DNA of 64,000 nt from Sphagnum compactum (taxonomy: Eukaryota): assembly GCA_965153455.1 (NCBI GenBank), contig OZ234493.1, positions 11,708,213 through 11,772,212 on the forward strand, written 5' to 3'. The notes under the pieces were generated by a model. That model searched no databases and was not told the origin of the DNA. It saw nothing but the letters and a program-made list of their open reading frames with translations. The position numbers and the translations under genes were made by a program. Position 1 is the first letter of the stretch; each line of letters starts with the position of its first letter. Positions 49,583 to 62,824 of this stretch are shown one piece after another.

Positions 49583-52212
49583 CTCCTCATCATTCCCGCA
49601 GCTCATCTTCAGCGCAGGCAGGCAGAAAACGATGATGATGGTACATGTTGGATAGCAGCAAGTAAGCATTGTAATCAACTATTTTGTGACCTATTTGAAG
49701 AACTTGACAATTTTGTTTCTGAAAGTGCCTCAGGTTTCCAGATTGATGATCATTCCAGACTTGAGAAATACTTTGTAACTCAAGACCTCTGACTGAAAGG
49801 GTAGCTGCAGGTGACATCCTAACTGTTGTTCATTACTTCCACTACATACTTCCCACTGTCCCCCATGTTGTTGTTGAAGTAGCAATCAGCAGTAAGGGGT
49901 TTGTGCTGTGCGCTCTCGCAGTTCTGCCTCCAATAAAATTTTCTTGTTTCTCCTGGTGTTCAACTGTCAGAGCTGCAATGTTTTACTTTCTTAAATCCTC
50001 TCAACTTTGCAAAAGTTTGGATTCTGAAAGAGAGCAAAGCAGTTGTTGTATGCTAGCAATTTTGTGAATTTGAGCCACTCTGCTTCCCTCTGTTTTGGGC
50101 ATCTTTTTCTTTCCTTGGCAGCAGTTTAGGCCGAGAAAGCATAAAGGCCAATCTACGTCTCCTCCATGCACATTTGTGAACTAATGTGGCTCATTTCTTT
50201 GTTGGGTCTTTGTCTTTCTCATCATCCTGCACATCCCACCAACCTAAGGCCTTCTGTCAGCATGAAGGAGGATTCTGGCTCACAATTTGACTCTTGTTGC
50301 TGCTGTGAGGTCTGAAAAAGAGCAAAGATCCATCATGCAGAATGTATTGTCAGCTATTTAGAAGATTACAAGCTCTGCTCAGTTCCAAGGAAAATGCTAT
50401 GGTCGCCCACTAACCAGGACCACCTTTGCACTCTTCTCCAATGTCATTCATCATGTTCATTCAACAACCTAATGGTATTCAACATAAACCCATAACCCAG
50501 AGTGCATATGACCAGGTATGATTTTTTTTTCATTTGAATTCAGGCACAATGGAGTGCTCCTCTATTCTTGATCACAAATCTCTCAATTCTCTCTGTCATC
50601 TCTCCTGTTCTTCTGGTTACAAATAAAACTCTTTGTTGATATATGGGGATGCTCTGCTTCTTAATGTTTGATTGTGCACATACTAAGTACTTCAGGTCAT
50701 TATCACACAAATTCTAGTGGATTGCAAATGAAGAATATCACTCTGATTAAACCTACTGACCTGGGAGTTCATCCAATGAGGTGAAGGTGTCCAGGCTTGT
50801 AACCCATCAACCAACTCTGAATACATGAGCACCAAGCTACTGAAGCTGTCAGTTTTGCTGTGAAAAGTTAGCAATCCAATAAGCCCATCAACTGCAAAAA
50901 TGTATCAAATTCCTTTGAAGGATTTGAAGTGGACCACCTTTTTGCAGGATTCATCAAACAACGAGTCCTTCATTTTCAAGAAACTCTTGAAATTCTTGAG
51001 TCAGTGCAGAGGGTTATTTCTCTCTCTCTCTTCCAATGGCTGTCAGCTTTGTCTCTCCCTTGATACCACAATGGCAACAGATACTACAAAAGATTTTGAC
51101 CTAAATGATTGGTATCAAGCACATTTGTACAATTATCAATCCAATAGAATGCTAGATGAATCATCAGACCTTCGTACCTCTTTTCTTTTCACTGTGGACC
51201 ATCATCTCCAAACCTCTGCTGACAAGATCCATGAGCTTACCAGCATTGTGAGACTCGGTATTATGATAAGTGCCTGAGAAAGGAACTAGTGACCGAAGAC
51301 TACATGAGCACATCCTCTCCATCACGATCAGTTTGCTAAATTGAGAATTTACAATCAAGTCTATTGTGAGAGAGATTGTAGTCACAACCATCGAGTCACA
51401 AATTTGCCCCTTACAAGGTTTAGTGCTTTTTACAACATTTTAGCAATGTGTTTACGATTAAGTATTGATTAAATATTAATACAATCGTCGATATGATGTT
51501 GTGATTGCATTGTAACACATTGTGATTATTAAACATTATGTTATAATGTTATGGCGATATTATGTTAATAATTTATTAATATTTAATTAACACCTAATTT
51601 TGAGCACATTGTTAAAGTGTTGTAAAAACACAGATACATGAATCAGGCAAGTTTGTGATTGGCAATTACATATAGTAAAGGACGTCGGGATGAAATGAAG
51701 CTTTCCATCCATCCGTCCGTCATCCATCCAAACAGAACAAATATATATTTTTAAAAGGGAAAAAACTAAAAATAAAATAAAAACAGAAAAACACTTTAAC
51801 AATTAGAAATTTTTTGTAAACACTTAAACATGAAACAAAAAAGGGAAATATAGTAAAATAATCTTAAAAGAAAATTAAAAAATAGATGACAAAAAATAAG
51901 AAACAAAACAGAGAGCAAAAGAAAGAGAAAAAAAACCATACTTGAAAAAAAAAATGAGGTTTGTTTTCTTTTTCCAAACTTCAAACCTGCATCTAATCAA
52001 ACAAAAATAAAAAAGTTTTTTTAAATTATTTTTATTATAAAACATATTAAAATAACTAGAATTTTTTGGAAAAGAAAATAGAAACTACATAAATAAATAA
52101 ACGTATAAAAATAGAAAAAAAATGAAGATAGACAAAATAAAATTAGAAAAAATAAAAACATGAACTAACATAAACAAAAAAAAATAAAAACACAAAAACT
52201 ATAAAAAAAGAA

Positions 52213-52293
52213 TCTTATATATAAAAGCAAACGTGGTGTCTATCCGTCTATGTGTCACAAGATGTTCTGCGTTTTAATATTATGCCGGAATCG
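52213..52293 (+). mobile_element. Helitron-like 5' terminus, 81-bp near-copy of 47293-47373, fused to truncated VIRILIZER
   Basis: A|TCTTATATATAAAAGCAAACGTGGTGTCTATCCGTCTATGTGTCACAAG...; I count 7 differences in 81 bp versus 47293-47373, mostly C>T. Confidence 0.65.
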
Positions 52294-52295
52294 TA

Positions 52296-55200
52296 ATGAC
52301 CTTTTTGGATGATGGTGGTGAAGGTGGTAGTTATTCGTCCAAACCCTTCCTTTGGGCAGAAAGGGATACTAATATATGTGTGGGTTCAGATGAGGAGGAA
52401 GGGGAAGAAAGGGATACTAATATATGTGTGGGTTCAGATGAGGAGGAAGGGGAAGGGGAAGAAGAGGACGGGAGGATGGAGCAAAACAAGGAGGGTGCTC
52501 TGCTTGTCATGTTGTTGCCTACTCTCTTGTTCCTGCAGACTTTGCTTAAGCGGCTCCAGGTGTGCTCTCTGTTCAATTGTTGTAAGTTGTAGTCTGGGAT
52601 CAACTTTTACTTAATGTTAGCCTGGAATGACTGTATGTCTATTGTGGCCAAGTATTGCAAAGGTCGTAGGATGCAATGGTGGTGCTGCGGTCAGTTTTGT
52701 GTACACTTATCTGCATGCAGATTTGCAAGCTGGTCAAGAAGCTATGAGATATGTTAGTCACATGTGACATTGGGAGGGACTTGGGTGGCACTGCTCAGTT
52801 CTTCACTCCAGACCTTGTCCTGGAGTAAAGACTGAACATTATAATTGAGTTTTGGAACCTACAGTGCATGTACCGCAAAGTACGCTGGTGTGAGCAACTT
52901 ACTATTCAGTGCATGCTCATGTACCTTGGCTTTTTGTGTGACGCCATGTGTAACAGCTGCTTGCTGGCATCAGGCTTGCGATAGCTCCTCGGAAGTTCAA
53001 TCGTATTGAGTGTGTCCATGAATGCAGGGGGCAGTGCAACAGTATTGCAACACAAAACTACTGGACATGTTGCTGCAACTTCATTACTCCGTCAGGTAGC
53101 TCTTGGCTTGCTTGTGGTGCATTACTCAAGGCCTGCTTGAACTGCTAGCGTGTCAGATCCAAGGGAGGAATTTTATACGTTTGAGGTTGGCAGTGCAAAA
53201 CCAGAGGCATATGGAGCAGTTCCACCCTATGCATGGACAGGGGGAGTGTTAGAGGTGGGAGCTGTACGACAGGTGTTGGCATCAATAATAGCCTGCTGGC
53301 CCATCTTTGGCTGGACTCCTGCTCTGCTACCACGACTGCTGGGTTCAAACCCAACCTCTTTGCCAGGGGAACCTGTAGAGGCCTGTAGTGCAATCTGCCT
53401 TCTGGTGCTTTTTCTCTCTTCTTTGTGTGATCTCAATGAAGAATCCAAGAAACTGAAGTAAGATGTTGTCCATGTGCTATGCTGGTGAAATATCTTACAC
53501 AGGATATGGGTAATGCTGGGTGCAGGAAGAAATGCTGCCTCCTGCACCACCAATTTTGTGTCTGGAAAAAGCTGCAGTTATGGATGTGTACCGGAACTCA
53601 GCTGTGGGTCTAATGTCAGGAATAGGGGTAATGGCTAATGTTCAGTGGCATTTCTCAGTAGCCAATGCAGAGAAGATGCTGCATGCATTGGGCCCTCATT
53701 TGGAGCAGCTTGCACAACTCATATTACGCCTTGCTCCATCTGTATGCTACAACACCCCCCTGTAAACCGAACCTGTTTTTCCAGAGTTGACACCTATCAG
53801 ATTGTTGGTTCTTTGACTAGAATGAACAGATTTCATGCAGGTTGAAATTATGGTGTTTGAAAGTTATGCATGTAGGTTGCTGCCTTCAATGTGTTAGCTT
53901 CTTTCATGTATGTGGAGTGTATGTGGAGTCTTGTTTCTATTGCCTGTTTGGATTGGTGTATGTTCACTTGACTACCTTGCAGTGTGACTTAAGAATCTGC
54001 AAAGTCGCATGCATTTTGTTTTCTAATGTGTGCACTACTACCATTCTCTCCAGCTCTTTTGTAGGGTTCATAGGGCAGATATTCTGAGTATCTTTTCATT
54101 GGTACGAAGAATGTTTTTTGTCTGCCTAGCACCGGACTGTGATAAGATTACTGCATTTTCTTAGGGTTCCTAGATTGGAGGCTAAGTGAATGAGGGACCT
54201 AAATTGCAGTGGTTGATGCAGGCATGTCTATTGGTACAGGAGAGGCTGACCCACCTGGTTATACGCATGTCCTGTCAAAGTGTGGAACATGCAGCAGTGC
54301 TTCTAAATCCTGTCATCTCCACTCTCCAACAGCAGACTGCAGCTGCCACAGTTTCATTACTCTCTGAAATCGATGCACTCCAGGTACTACTTTTATTGAT
54401 AGCGGGTTGTCTCTACTCATATATTTCTGGAGTTTTCCTCAAACTCTTGCTTGAATCACAGATACTCAATATCTGTGACACACCTCATTCTCAATAGTTG
54501 TGAAAAGCAAGTTAAGGTGTGCTGAAAGAATAATTTCTGCTTAGTCTGATCTCTACTGTCATGGCAATGAAATTGTATTTTGCTGGAAACTTGAGAGAGA
54601 AGGTTGTTGAAGCCACTGGGTTCATGTGCAGGTGGAGCGCATGCTGCAGTGGGTGTCTCACTTGGCATTTCATCCTGCTTCCAAGGTCAGCTACTTCATC
54701 ATCCTAAGGGTTAGATTCCTTTGGGTAGTTATTGTTGGTAGTTGATGAAGCTTTTAGAGGTGGGTGGTGAATGTTTGAATTTTGCTGTTAGAGGTCCCTG
54801 GACATGGATATGACTGTCACTGGCATTGAAACTGCTCCTCAGTTCTGTTTTTGGTCACTTGCCCTTAGGGTCAGGTTTCCTCTTGTTCAATCTTGTTGAT
54901 TGCTTGCTGTTATGTTGTGAGACCTTAGATATCCATAACTCATCATGGGTTCATCTCTCAATTCTTTCAGGTTGACTTGAATTGTAAGTATGGAGAAATT
55001 CTCAGTACTTGTGAAGATATTGACAAAGCTATTTGAGCAAATCTTATATTTAGGATTAAAGGGAAGGCTGTGGCATATTTCAGGCGGTGCTGCTGCAAGG
55101 AGGAGCAGTGCAGGTTTTGGTGCAGGCACTTGTAGTGCCAGCTGATGTCATTAGACTAAGCTGGTTGACTTGGAGCTGTAAAGCATTGATGGCTCTTTGT

Positions 55201-58200
55201 GACCCTGCAATTTCTTTTTTGCCTATGTCATTTATTGAAAGGTGGGTCTGTCCAGATGCTTCAACTTTGTCTTCTGAGGGGGAACTTGAGTGTGAATGTG
55301 GAAATGAGATTTTCCCTGCTCAATCACAGTTTCTAATGGGATGATGTAATGTGAGAATCTGTACTGCCTTTGCATGTGTCGGGCTGTGAACTTTATGCTC
55401 TATTTTTTCGTTCCAAGGAGTGTTTCTCAGATTGTGTGCTGGATTAGCAGGCGCTTGGCAGAAGACTGTGCAAGCTTTGAGGACTGTCGCATCATTGCCT
55501 CTGCTCTTTCTTCTTTGTTTGAGGTGAGTAGTAGGTGGGACCAGTGCATGTCTGATAGACATACATTTAGCACACTGATGTCTGTGCTGGTTAAGTTTGT
55601 AGATGACGAAGGGTTTTCTTTACCAGTAGGGTGATTTTCAGGTTGAGCAGAAGCTTCAAGTGAGTAGGTGTTCATTGCATGTTCAACTGGGTAGCTTTAG
55701 TGAAAGTGGAGTCTTGGGGCTGTGCTATGGATGAACTTAGGTGAATTCTGTAGCCAAAACCAAGGTTTCTCTGAAGGTAGATTGCATCTGTCAGCACGAC
55801 AGTTGGTGAAGTGAAACTTCTGTCACATGTGGATGCACAGGTGATGTCTTTGGGAAAGCACAGTCTGGTTCTTGCAGGGGTATGGGAGAAGCTGGCAAAC
55901 CATGAGCTGGGCCGAGCTGCTCTTGCATCAGTTGCTGTGTGTTGACAAGGTGCTGTGCAACCCAGTGTGAGCCAGGATCTATCTGATCCAGAACCTGCAC
56001 AACCTCCAGATAGAGACAACCCTCCATTGTTAGTTCTTTGGCAAAAAATTTCAGTTGAATTCGAATCCAATAAAACATTGAGGCCTTCTCTTGTGGGGGT
56101 GATTCACCATTTTGCGAGAGGAGCAAATGCCTTGTCTCATCAAGGCCAAAGGTTAGCATGTACTTGGCAATCATCTTCTCACCATGTTGCATGTTTCATC
56201 ACCGATGCCCACATGTTGGTCATCACAATTCTTGACTTAGTGTCATCTTTGTAAGTGAGAACAATCAAAGAAGCCAGTGTATTGGATAGCCAAGGTCTGC
56301 TTTGACACTGTGGAGTTCTGTGCAGTTCTTGCGGTACATGGGCATTGAAGGCTATGTTTGGACTAGACCTGTCACCTGGAACAACAGAAATCAGGGTAGT
56401 AGAAGACATTTTGCAACCAGTTTTCAATGTTGCAAGCAGCCTCCAGCAGCTTCTAACTGACAGTGACCAACCAGGAGATGTTGAAGTCCCAAACAACCTT
56501 ATGCAAGAGGTATAGTGTTTCCTCCACACTGACCAGACTAGTACCATGACTTGTAGAACAGCTTTCTAGGTACCAGATATATACTTGTTGAAGGTATGGT
56601 TTTGCTGGTGGAGTATCAGTGAGGACTGCAATTGCTAACTGGATCAAGTTGTGAGCAGACACATATTGCTGTTACTGCCATGCTACATATTCTTGCAGCA
56701 CCAGCAACTGAATGGAACATAGAGGAGGAGATAAAAGCTGTATTGGGGCAACTGGAAACACCACGACCTGTTGCAGAGCGTAGAGCTGAAGCTATTCCAG
56801 GACACTCACCATCAAGATTGCGTATTCTCATACCAGACTTTTTAGGCGATTCAGAGTTGGTTGACTTAGATAGTTACATCGAAGTGCCCACGATTGATTT
56901 TAGGGGGACTATTCCATGGGAATGCCCCACAAAGTTGCAGGAGAAGCCACACATGGCGATCAGCTCATTGAAAAGGAGGCCTATCTCAACAATAGAGTTG
57001 GCAGGCAAGCGACAACGAGGGGAAGCTGGAGCTGGCTCACCGTCAGTTCGTGCCACTTCTGCAGCAACCCCAAATCAAAGGGACACATTCCGACAGCGCA
57101 AGCCTAATACAAGCAGGCCACCATCAATGCATGTTGATGACTATGTGGCCCGTGAAAAAAGCTCCGATGGTCCTACAAGTGGCAGTCCTGCTACTGCTGG
57201 CCCATCTTTGCAGCACACCAACTCTAGTGGAGGGAGACCACCCTCAATTCATGTGGATGAGTTTATGGCTCGCCAGCGTGAACGACAGCAATCTTCTCAG
57301 ATGATGGTTCAGACTTCTGTGGAGATTGTTGCAACTAAAACTGGGGTTGATCCAATGGAAGTGGAAGATGATGGTACAATTCCTGGATTATTGGGACCAT
57401 CACATCAAGATCAAAAGAATGCAGAACAAGGCAGTGTAACTGTGACCTCACTCTCCACAACTGTCTTCATTCCTCCTATCTCGAACTCCACTGCATCATT
57501 TGGTGTAGCTGGTGGAGCACCCATGCATTCCCAAGTGGTCAAGACTCTTTCTAACCAGAGCAACATGAGTTCTGCATCAGACACTAGGAACATGGCCTTA
57601 AAACAGTTTGAGGACATCAAACAAGAGCAAATCAACAGGTTGACACATGTTGATAGCAGTAGTGAGCCTTTGGTTACATCTGTTGTTCAGAAAGTGAAAA
57701 TTGAAATGGAGTCTGTGGAAAACAAGGCAGTGGGTCAGGTACAAGGGGCTTTACGATCATACACCAGTTCACACTCCACTGATGTGAGCAGTCCCACAGT
57801 CGAGAAGGAGCCCAAGCAGTCACATTGGAGGTCCAAATCAGTACAAGCATCAGAGGTTCTGGTGAGCCCTGGTTCTAATAAGAGTATGTCACCAATTTCA
57901 GGGGAGCACCAACAAAAACTTCAAATGGACACAGATGTCAAGTTGAATCCTCCCCGGCCTCCTGCACCCAGCTGGTCCCACAGACCAGAGCATCCAGTGC
58001 ATCCACAGCATGTGCCTCTGCTCCCTCCTCCCATGATGTCTACACCCTACAATTACAGTCCAGGATCTCGCCCACCTGCAGACTTGCAAATGGGAGGAGC
58101 CATGCTACAAGCTCCCAGTGGGTCATGGAGAGAAGCAGCACCTTCCTTCTCTGGGCCACCACCACCACCTGCTCCTCCTCCACAAAGTACCATGCAGCAG

Positions 58201-59193
58201 GGCCCCTCCTCTCTTCCAGTACCATATGGTTCCATGAGACCATTTGATGGTGTGCAAGCTTACCCACTTCCACCATCTGTATCTTCAAGTGACCACAGAT
58301 TTGTGAACTTTGCTGCACCTATGCTTGGACAGGGCATACCACCTCCTCCATTTCAACCTCAAATTCCAGTGGGAAGGCCCCCTGTGGCTCAGGTTCCAAT
58401 TCCTCCAGCACAACCCCTACACCACCAGCCACTGTTACAGCAACAGCCACAGCAGCAGCAGCAGCAACCACAGCATCAGCAGCCACAGCTTCAGCAGCAT
58501 CAAGCAGCCTTCAACTCACAGCAAGAACCAGCAGCATTATTGCAGCAGATGCTTGCATCCCCAGATGCCATTCAAGTAAGCCAATTGTCGCTTTTCTCTC
58601 TCTCTCTCTCTCACTCTCTCTCTCTAAAGCACTGGTTGATTGCGCACTTATTTGTTGCAATCTTTTTTGATGTGCTTGGATTTGAAACATGGGTGCCATT
58701 CTTCTGTGGCTCTTCTGAAAGATCAAAACAAGCTTCGACAGCTTCTGGAGCAGCATCCAAAGTTGATTACTCTTCTACAGGTGCTATATTCTTCTCTCTG
58801 CTTCACATTGCATACACTCTAGGTGTGCTAGTTTCTAATGTTTTCTGTCAATGATAGAAACAGCTTTTACAGTACAAGTAATCATCAGACAATCTCTTAA
58901 CAGGCGGTGAGTCTCTGATCGGTGCTCTGATCTTGCAGGAAAAAATGAGCTCAGGCTCAATTCAAGAGCAGTGGCATTTAATATCCACAGGAGTTGTCAC
59001 AGGAAATCAGGGCTTTGTGAAATTATTTGTGTTTGATATGTCTCGTTTTATACCCATACTGCTCTGCCAAGTTCCTAGAATTCTTGTGAAATGTGCCACC
59101 TACAAGCTGCAGATGTGCCAGTCAATTTACATAATGCAAGGATGTCCATTTGGATGTTCATTTGGTGCCATAGACAATGGAGGCTTTGTGTAG
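52296..59193 (+). pseudogene. VIR: 5'-truncated, disabled VIRILIZER (m6A writer complex scaffold), C-terminal half
   Basis: Exons ~52438-52559, 53028-53095, 53194-53404, 53526-53741, 54222-54383, 54632-54685, 55084-55241, 55451-55523, 55841-56151, 56326-56509, 56659-58575, 58709-58780 and 58939 onward. Motifs ACWPIFGWTP, RDTFRQRKPNTSRPPSMHVDDYVARE, GRPPSIHVDEFMARQRER, KLRQLLEQHPKL. In-frame TGA at 55943-55945; no AG before exon 58709; N-terminal half absent. Confidence 0.85.
52358..52453 (+). repeat. 48-bp tandem duplication spanning a VIR splice acceptor
   Basis: AGAAAGGGATACTAATATATGTGTGGGTTCAGATGAGGAGGAAGGGGA occurs twice. Confidence 0.9.
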
Positions 59194-59913
59194 TAGAAAT
59201 AGGCTGAATATGCAGACTGAGCTCTGGTCATCTGAGGAGGTCCTGGTGGTATTAAAAAATGGTGGAAAAAACACTTGTTCATTTACATGTGGAAGAAATC
59301 ATTCTTATTAAATGTTCATTTTTCTGAACTCTTTCCTTAAATTTGTGGTATGAACGTGACAAAGCCCTAAACCCTAAACCAATATCTTGCATATAATTCA
59401 GAATGGGGATTAAATGTCGTGGAAGGATAAAATGTGTGAAATGAAAGTCTTTGGCATACTCCTGCCCTTTGGGTTCAGGGTTAGGGTTAGAAATTTGTGT
59501 AAAATATGTGCTTTCAATTCCACAGTGAACAGAGGTAGAATTGTGAAGTCCACAGCTGAGGACTTTACTGAGCACAAATGCCTGCTCTGATTTTTTTTCC
59601 TTCCATTTCCCCCACAAGTACCTGCCTTGTATCATGGGAATAAAAAAGACACAGCAATGTACAATCTGAAAAATGGAACACACAATCCACATTCTTGGAT
59701 GATGAGGGTTGGAACAGGAGGATGATATTCATGCATTAGTTCATTTTGGTGATACTGGCCAGTACACATTTGTGATTAATATCAGTTCATAGATGAATTC
59801 AAGGGGGTGAACCAATCAAGATACAAAGGGTCATAATGATATTCATGATATCCCACTAGTATTCTTAAAAGCCAAAATAATGAAAGCTCTAATAAACCAA
59901 GAAAAGAGGACCA

Positions 59914-62449
59914 CTAGAAAGGTTGTCTAGGAAACCTCCCAAACCTTTGTGCTCGCAAGACATTGGCTTGTCGAATCTTATCACATAGCATAGGGGCGGC
60001 ATTTAACAGATCTGCAACATGACACCAATCAACCTAATTTCTGTCATTGACATATGGCTTGAAGAGGCCCCCAGACAAGAGTTGTAAGCAAAAGTTTGAT
60101 GGCACAATATATGAAAGGAAAGTGCTTATTCTAAGAAGAACAAATCTTGATGTGTGTTCACAGTTTTTCTCAAAGACTACAGTTAGCCATCACCCAGAAG
60201 AACACAGAATCACAATGAATTTGAGACAAATGCCAGACATGACTTCTTTCATCTGAAGATTCCAGGAGACACTTACCATCCTTAAGACTGTGAGATCGCA
60301 GCTGCTCAAAGTCATCATCAAAGGCACTCTTAAATGTCAAGAGTGTCTCTAATGCCCGCAACTCTGTGCGCTTCTTTGCTGCTTCACTTTCAGCCTGAAA
60401 ATGCATGATAGGTTATGTTAGGCAGAGAAAATTCCTGCTTCAATCTACTATATGAAAAACAAATGATCACAGACCTCAGTTTGCATACTCAAATTTTGGA
60501 GGGTAATCACTGAGTGGTTGAACACTTACAGCAGCCTTCCGTGCACGAAGAGAAGCCAGCTCTGCATCCAATTTGGCCTCCTCATCTCCACTCATAATTT
60601 GCATGAACTCATGCTGAACCAATGAAACCAAAGTGCTCATGCAAACAAAGTAAATAGAAGAGACCATACAACAATTTGCATTGTTAACTACTGCAGTGCA
60701 GCATTCAGGTCATCCACCTTACAGTACAAGAGGCATAACAGAAAAGCACCAACAAAATTCTCAAAACTACATCTACTAGTTTCCACTACAACAGGTCTAC
60801 TCATTTTCCTGGATCCATATCTAGCCTTCCTGTAGCATAGGCTTTGCTTCGGGATCTGGGGAAACAGATGTGTTTGAGGCACTTGCCTTTTCTGGCAAAA
60901 CAAGGCCATGAGGAATACTGAAGCTGACTTCATGGCAGTACTTCTCCCACTCAGTCAGGTCATTGTCTATAACCTGAGTTAGAAAATGCTGAGTAACAAC
61001 ACCCATACCCTGCAGAACTGACAGATGCTTTCTCAGCTAGGAAACAGGAGAGATATTTACAAGTAGCACCCCATTTACATACAATATCACAAATTTGCAG
61101 ATTTCTGGAAAAGAGATTCAGTGTACAAGATTCTCTTCTTATGCATGTCCCAAAAAGCTGCAAACTTGGTGACAGAAAAAAACATGAACCATGCCTGATG
61201 TTTTTCTAGTCCAGTTCTGAGAAAAGTTGGAGCTTTGCTTTGTCTAAGCTGCAGAAAAACTTTCATTGGAAGTCAGACAGATCAGTAACTTGGAAAGACT
61301 TCCCACAGGTTTCTATGTTTATGTGCACTCCACAAGATATCAGCTGCTGTAACACTTCTGCCCTAAATGACTCTCCATCATGAAAAAGGGCTTTGAGCTC
61401 ACCTGTGCTAATGCAGCTTGAGACTGTTCAGTAGACAGACCAAGAATATGTCCGGAACAGCTGCAAATCAAATCACTGAGTCGCTCAGGACAAAAATCAA
61501 AGCAGAATCCTCACCTGCTACCTTGGCAGCAAAGTGAAAACTATCAATACGGATGTGGATGAAACAGGGAACACACCATTATTTTCCACTAACTCTGTGA
61601 GAAAATAAGATTGTTTGTTGATTGCAAGGATAGAGTGCCATTATTCTCATGAATTTGAAACCCTACTATTGATGTGGATGAAGAAGGGATATAACATAAT
61701 TGTCCACCAACTCTTGGTGAAAAGAAGGCTGTTTTGATGATTGCAAGGATAGAGTGGCATTTTTCTTGTGAATTTGAAACCCTACATCCCAGTATCTGAG
61801 GTTTTCCACCTATATGGAGATGCACATGTATGTAAAGCAGGAAACTATAAATAGCAGATGACACACTGCTGTAGGTGGAGAGTGTTGAACTTACACTTCC
61901 ATCTGGTCAAAATACTCTGTGGAAATCTGAATAACCTGAAACACAAAGGAAATACATGCACACGAGATGTTCTCCAGTTCAAAGCCTCATACATCAACGT
62001 CTTGTGCAACATAAACTGCCCTTCTTTGTAGAAAGAAAACCCCATGTATTACTCTTCTGCAGTAACTTCGATTGCACAAAAAAAAGTAAAGGAGTTTGTG
62101 CTTTGATTCCAGCCTAAGGACTCTCCGCATTCATAGCTCTCAAAAAGCTTCCAACAAACATCGCCCGACATATATGTATGTCTCCAATTCTGTAGGCCCG
62201 CAAAAACCCTAGCAGCAATCTACCCTACAAAATGGGAAGAGCAGCAAGGGGTATAACAAAGAGGGCGATGGAGACTTCACTTACGGCATTGATGACATCG
62301 TCGATGAAAGCTTGACTGTCGAATGCAAGATAGTGCACAGGGTACAAAGCCGGCAAAGACTCCAGGGAAAGAAGTATATCAGATTTGGTCCCTCCTTCTC
62401 CTCCTCCTCCTCCTCCTCCTCCTGCCGCCCCTTGATCTTCCCCGCTCAT
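59914..62449 (-). CDS. MIS12: Kinetochore protein MIS12 homolog (7 exons; alternative start at 62509)
   Basis: Exons 62449-62285, 61935-61895, 61460-61403, 61009-60887, 60613-60530, 60394-60277 and 60011-59914 with consistent phases. Motifs LAFDSQAFIDDVINAV, DLTEWEKYCHEVSFSIPHGLVLP, EEAKLDAELASLR. Confidence 0.88.
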
Positions 62450-62824
62450 CACCTTCTCGTGTGCCCTTATTGCAAAAGAAGAAGAAGAAGAAGAAATGAT
62501 TCCGTCCATTGCGACGACGCCATCACACAAACACAGAGCGAAGCAAACAGCGAGAAAGACGAGAGGAGGAAGAAGAAGAAGAGGCGGGAAATTTTCGAAT
62601 AAAAAATTATTAATTGGAATGGGGACCTTCATGGATGCATCTAGGATGAAAACGATCCATCCATGTATAGATGGTCTAATAAAAATCATCGAATTTGGTG
62701 ATCTTCGTAATCTAGGAAAATTGATGTAATTAATTACGTTACCAAAACAGAGAACCAAATTCCAAAGTGTGAAGAATTGAAGGTGCCTAGGACGAGTCCG
62801 GGACCAGTCCAGGCCCACATTTTT

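Noticed and set aside
50900-51277. 125-aa ORF
   Set aside because: No recognisable homology or consistent splice structure.
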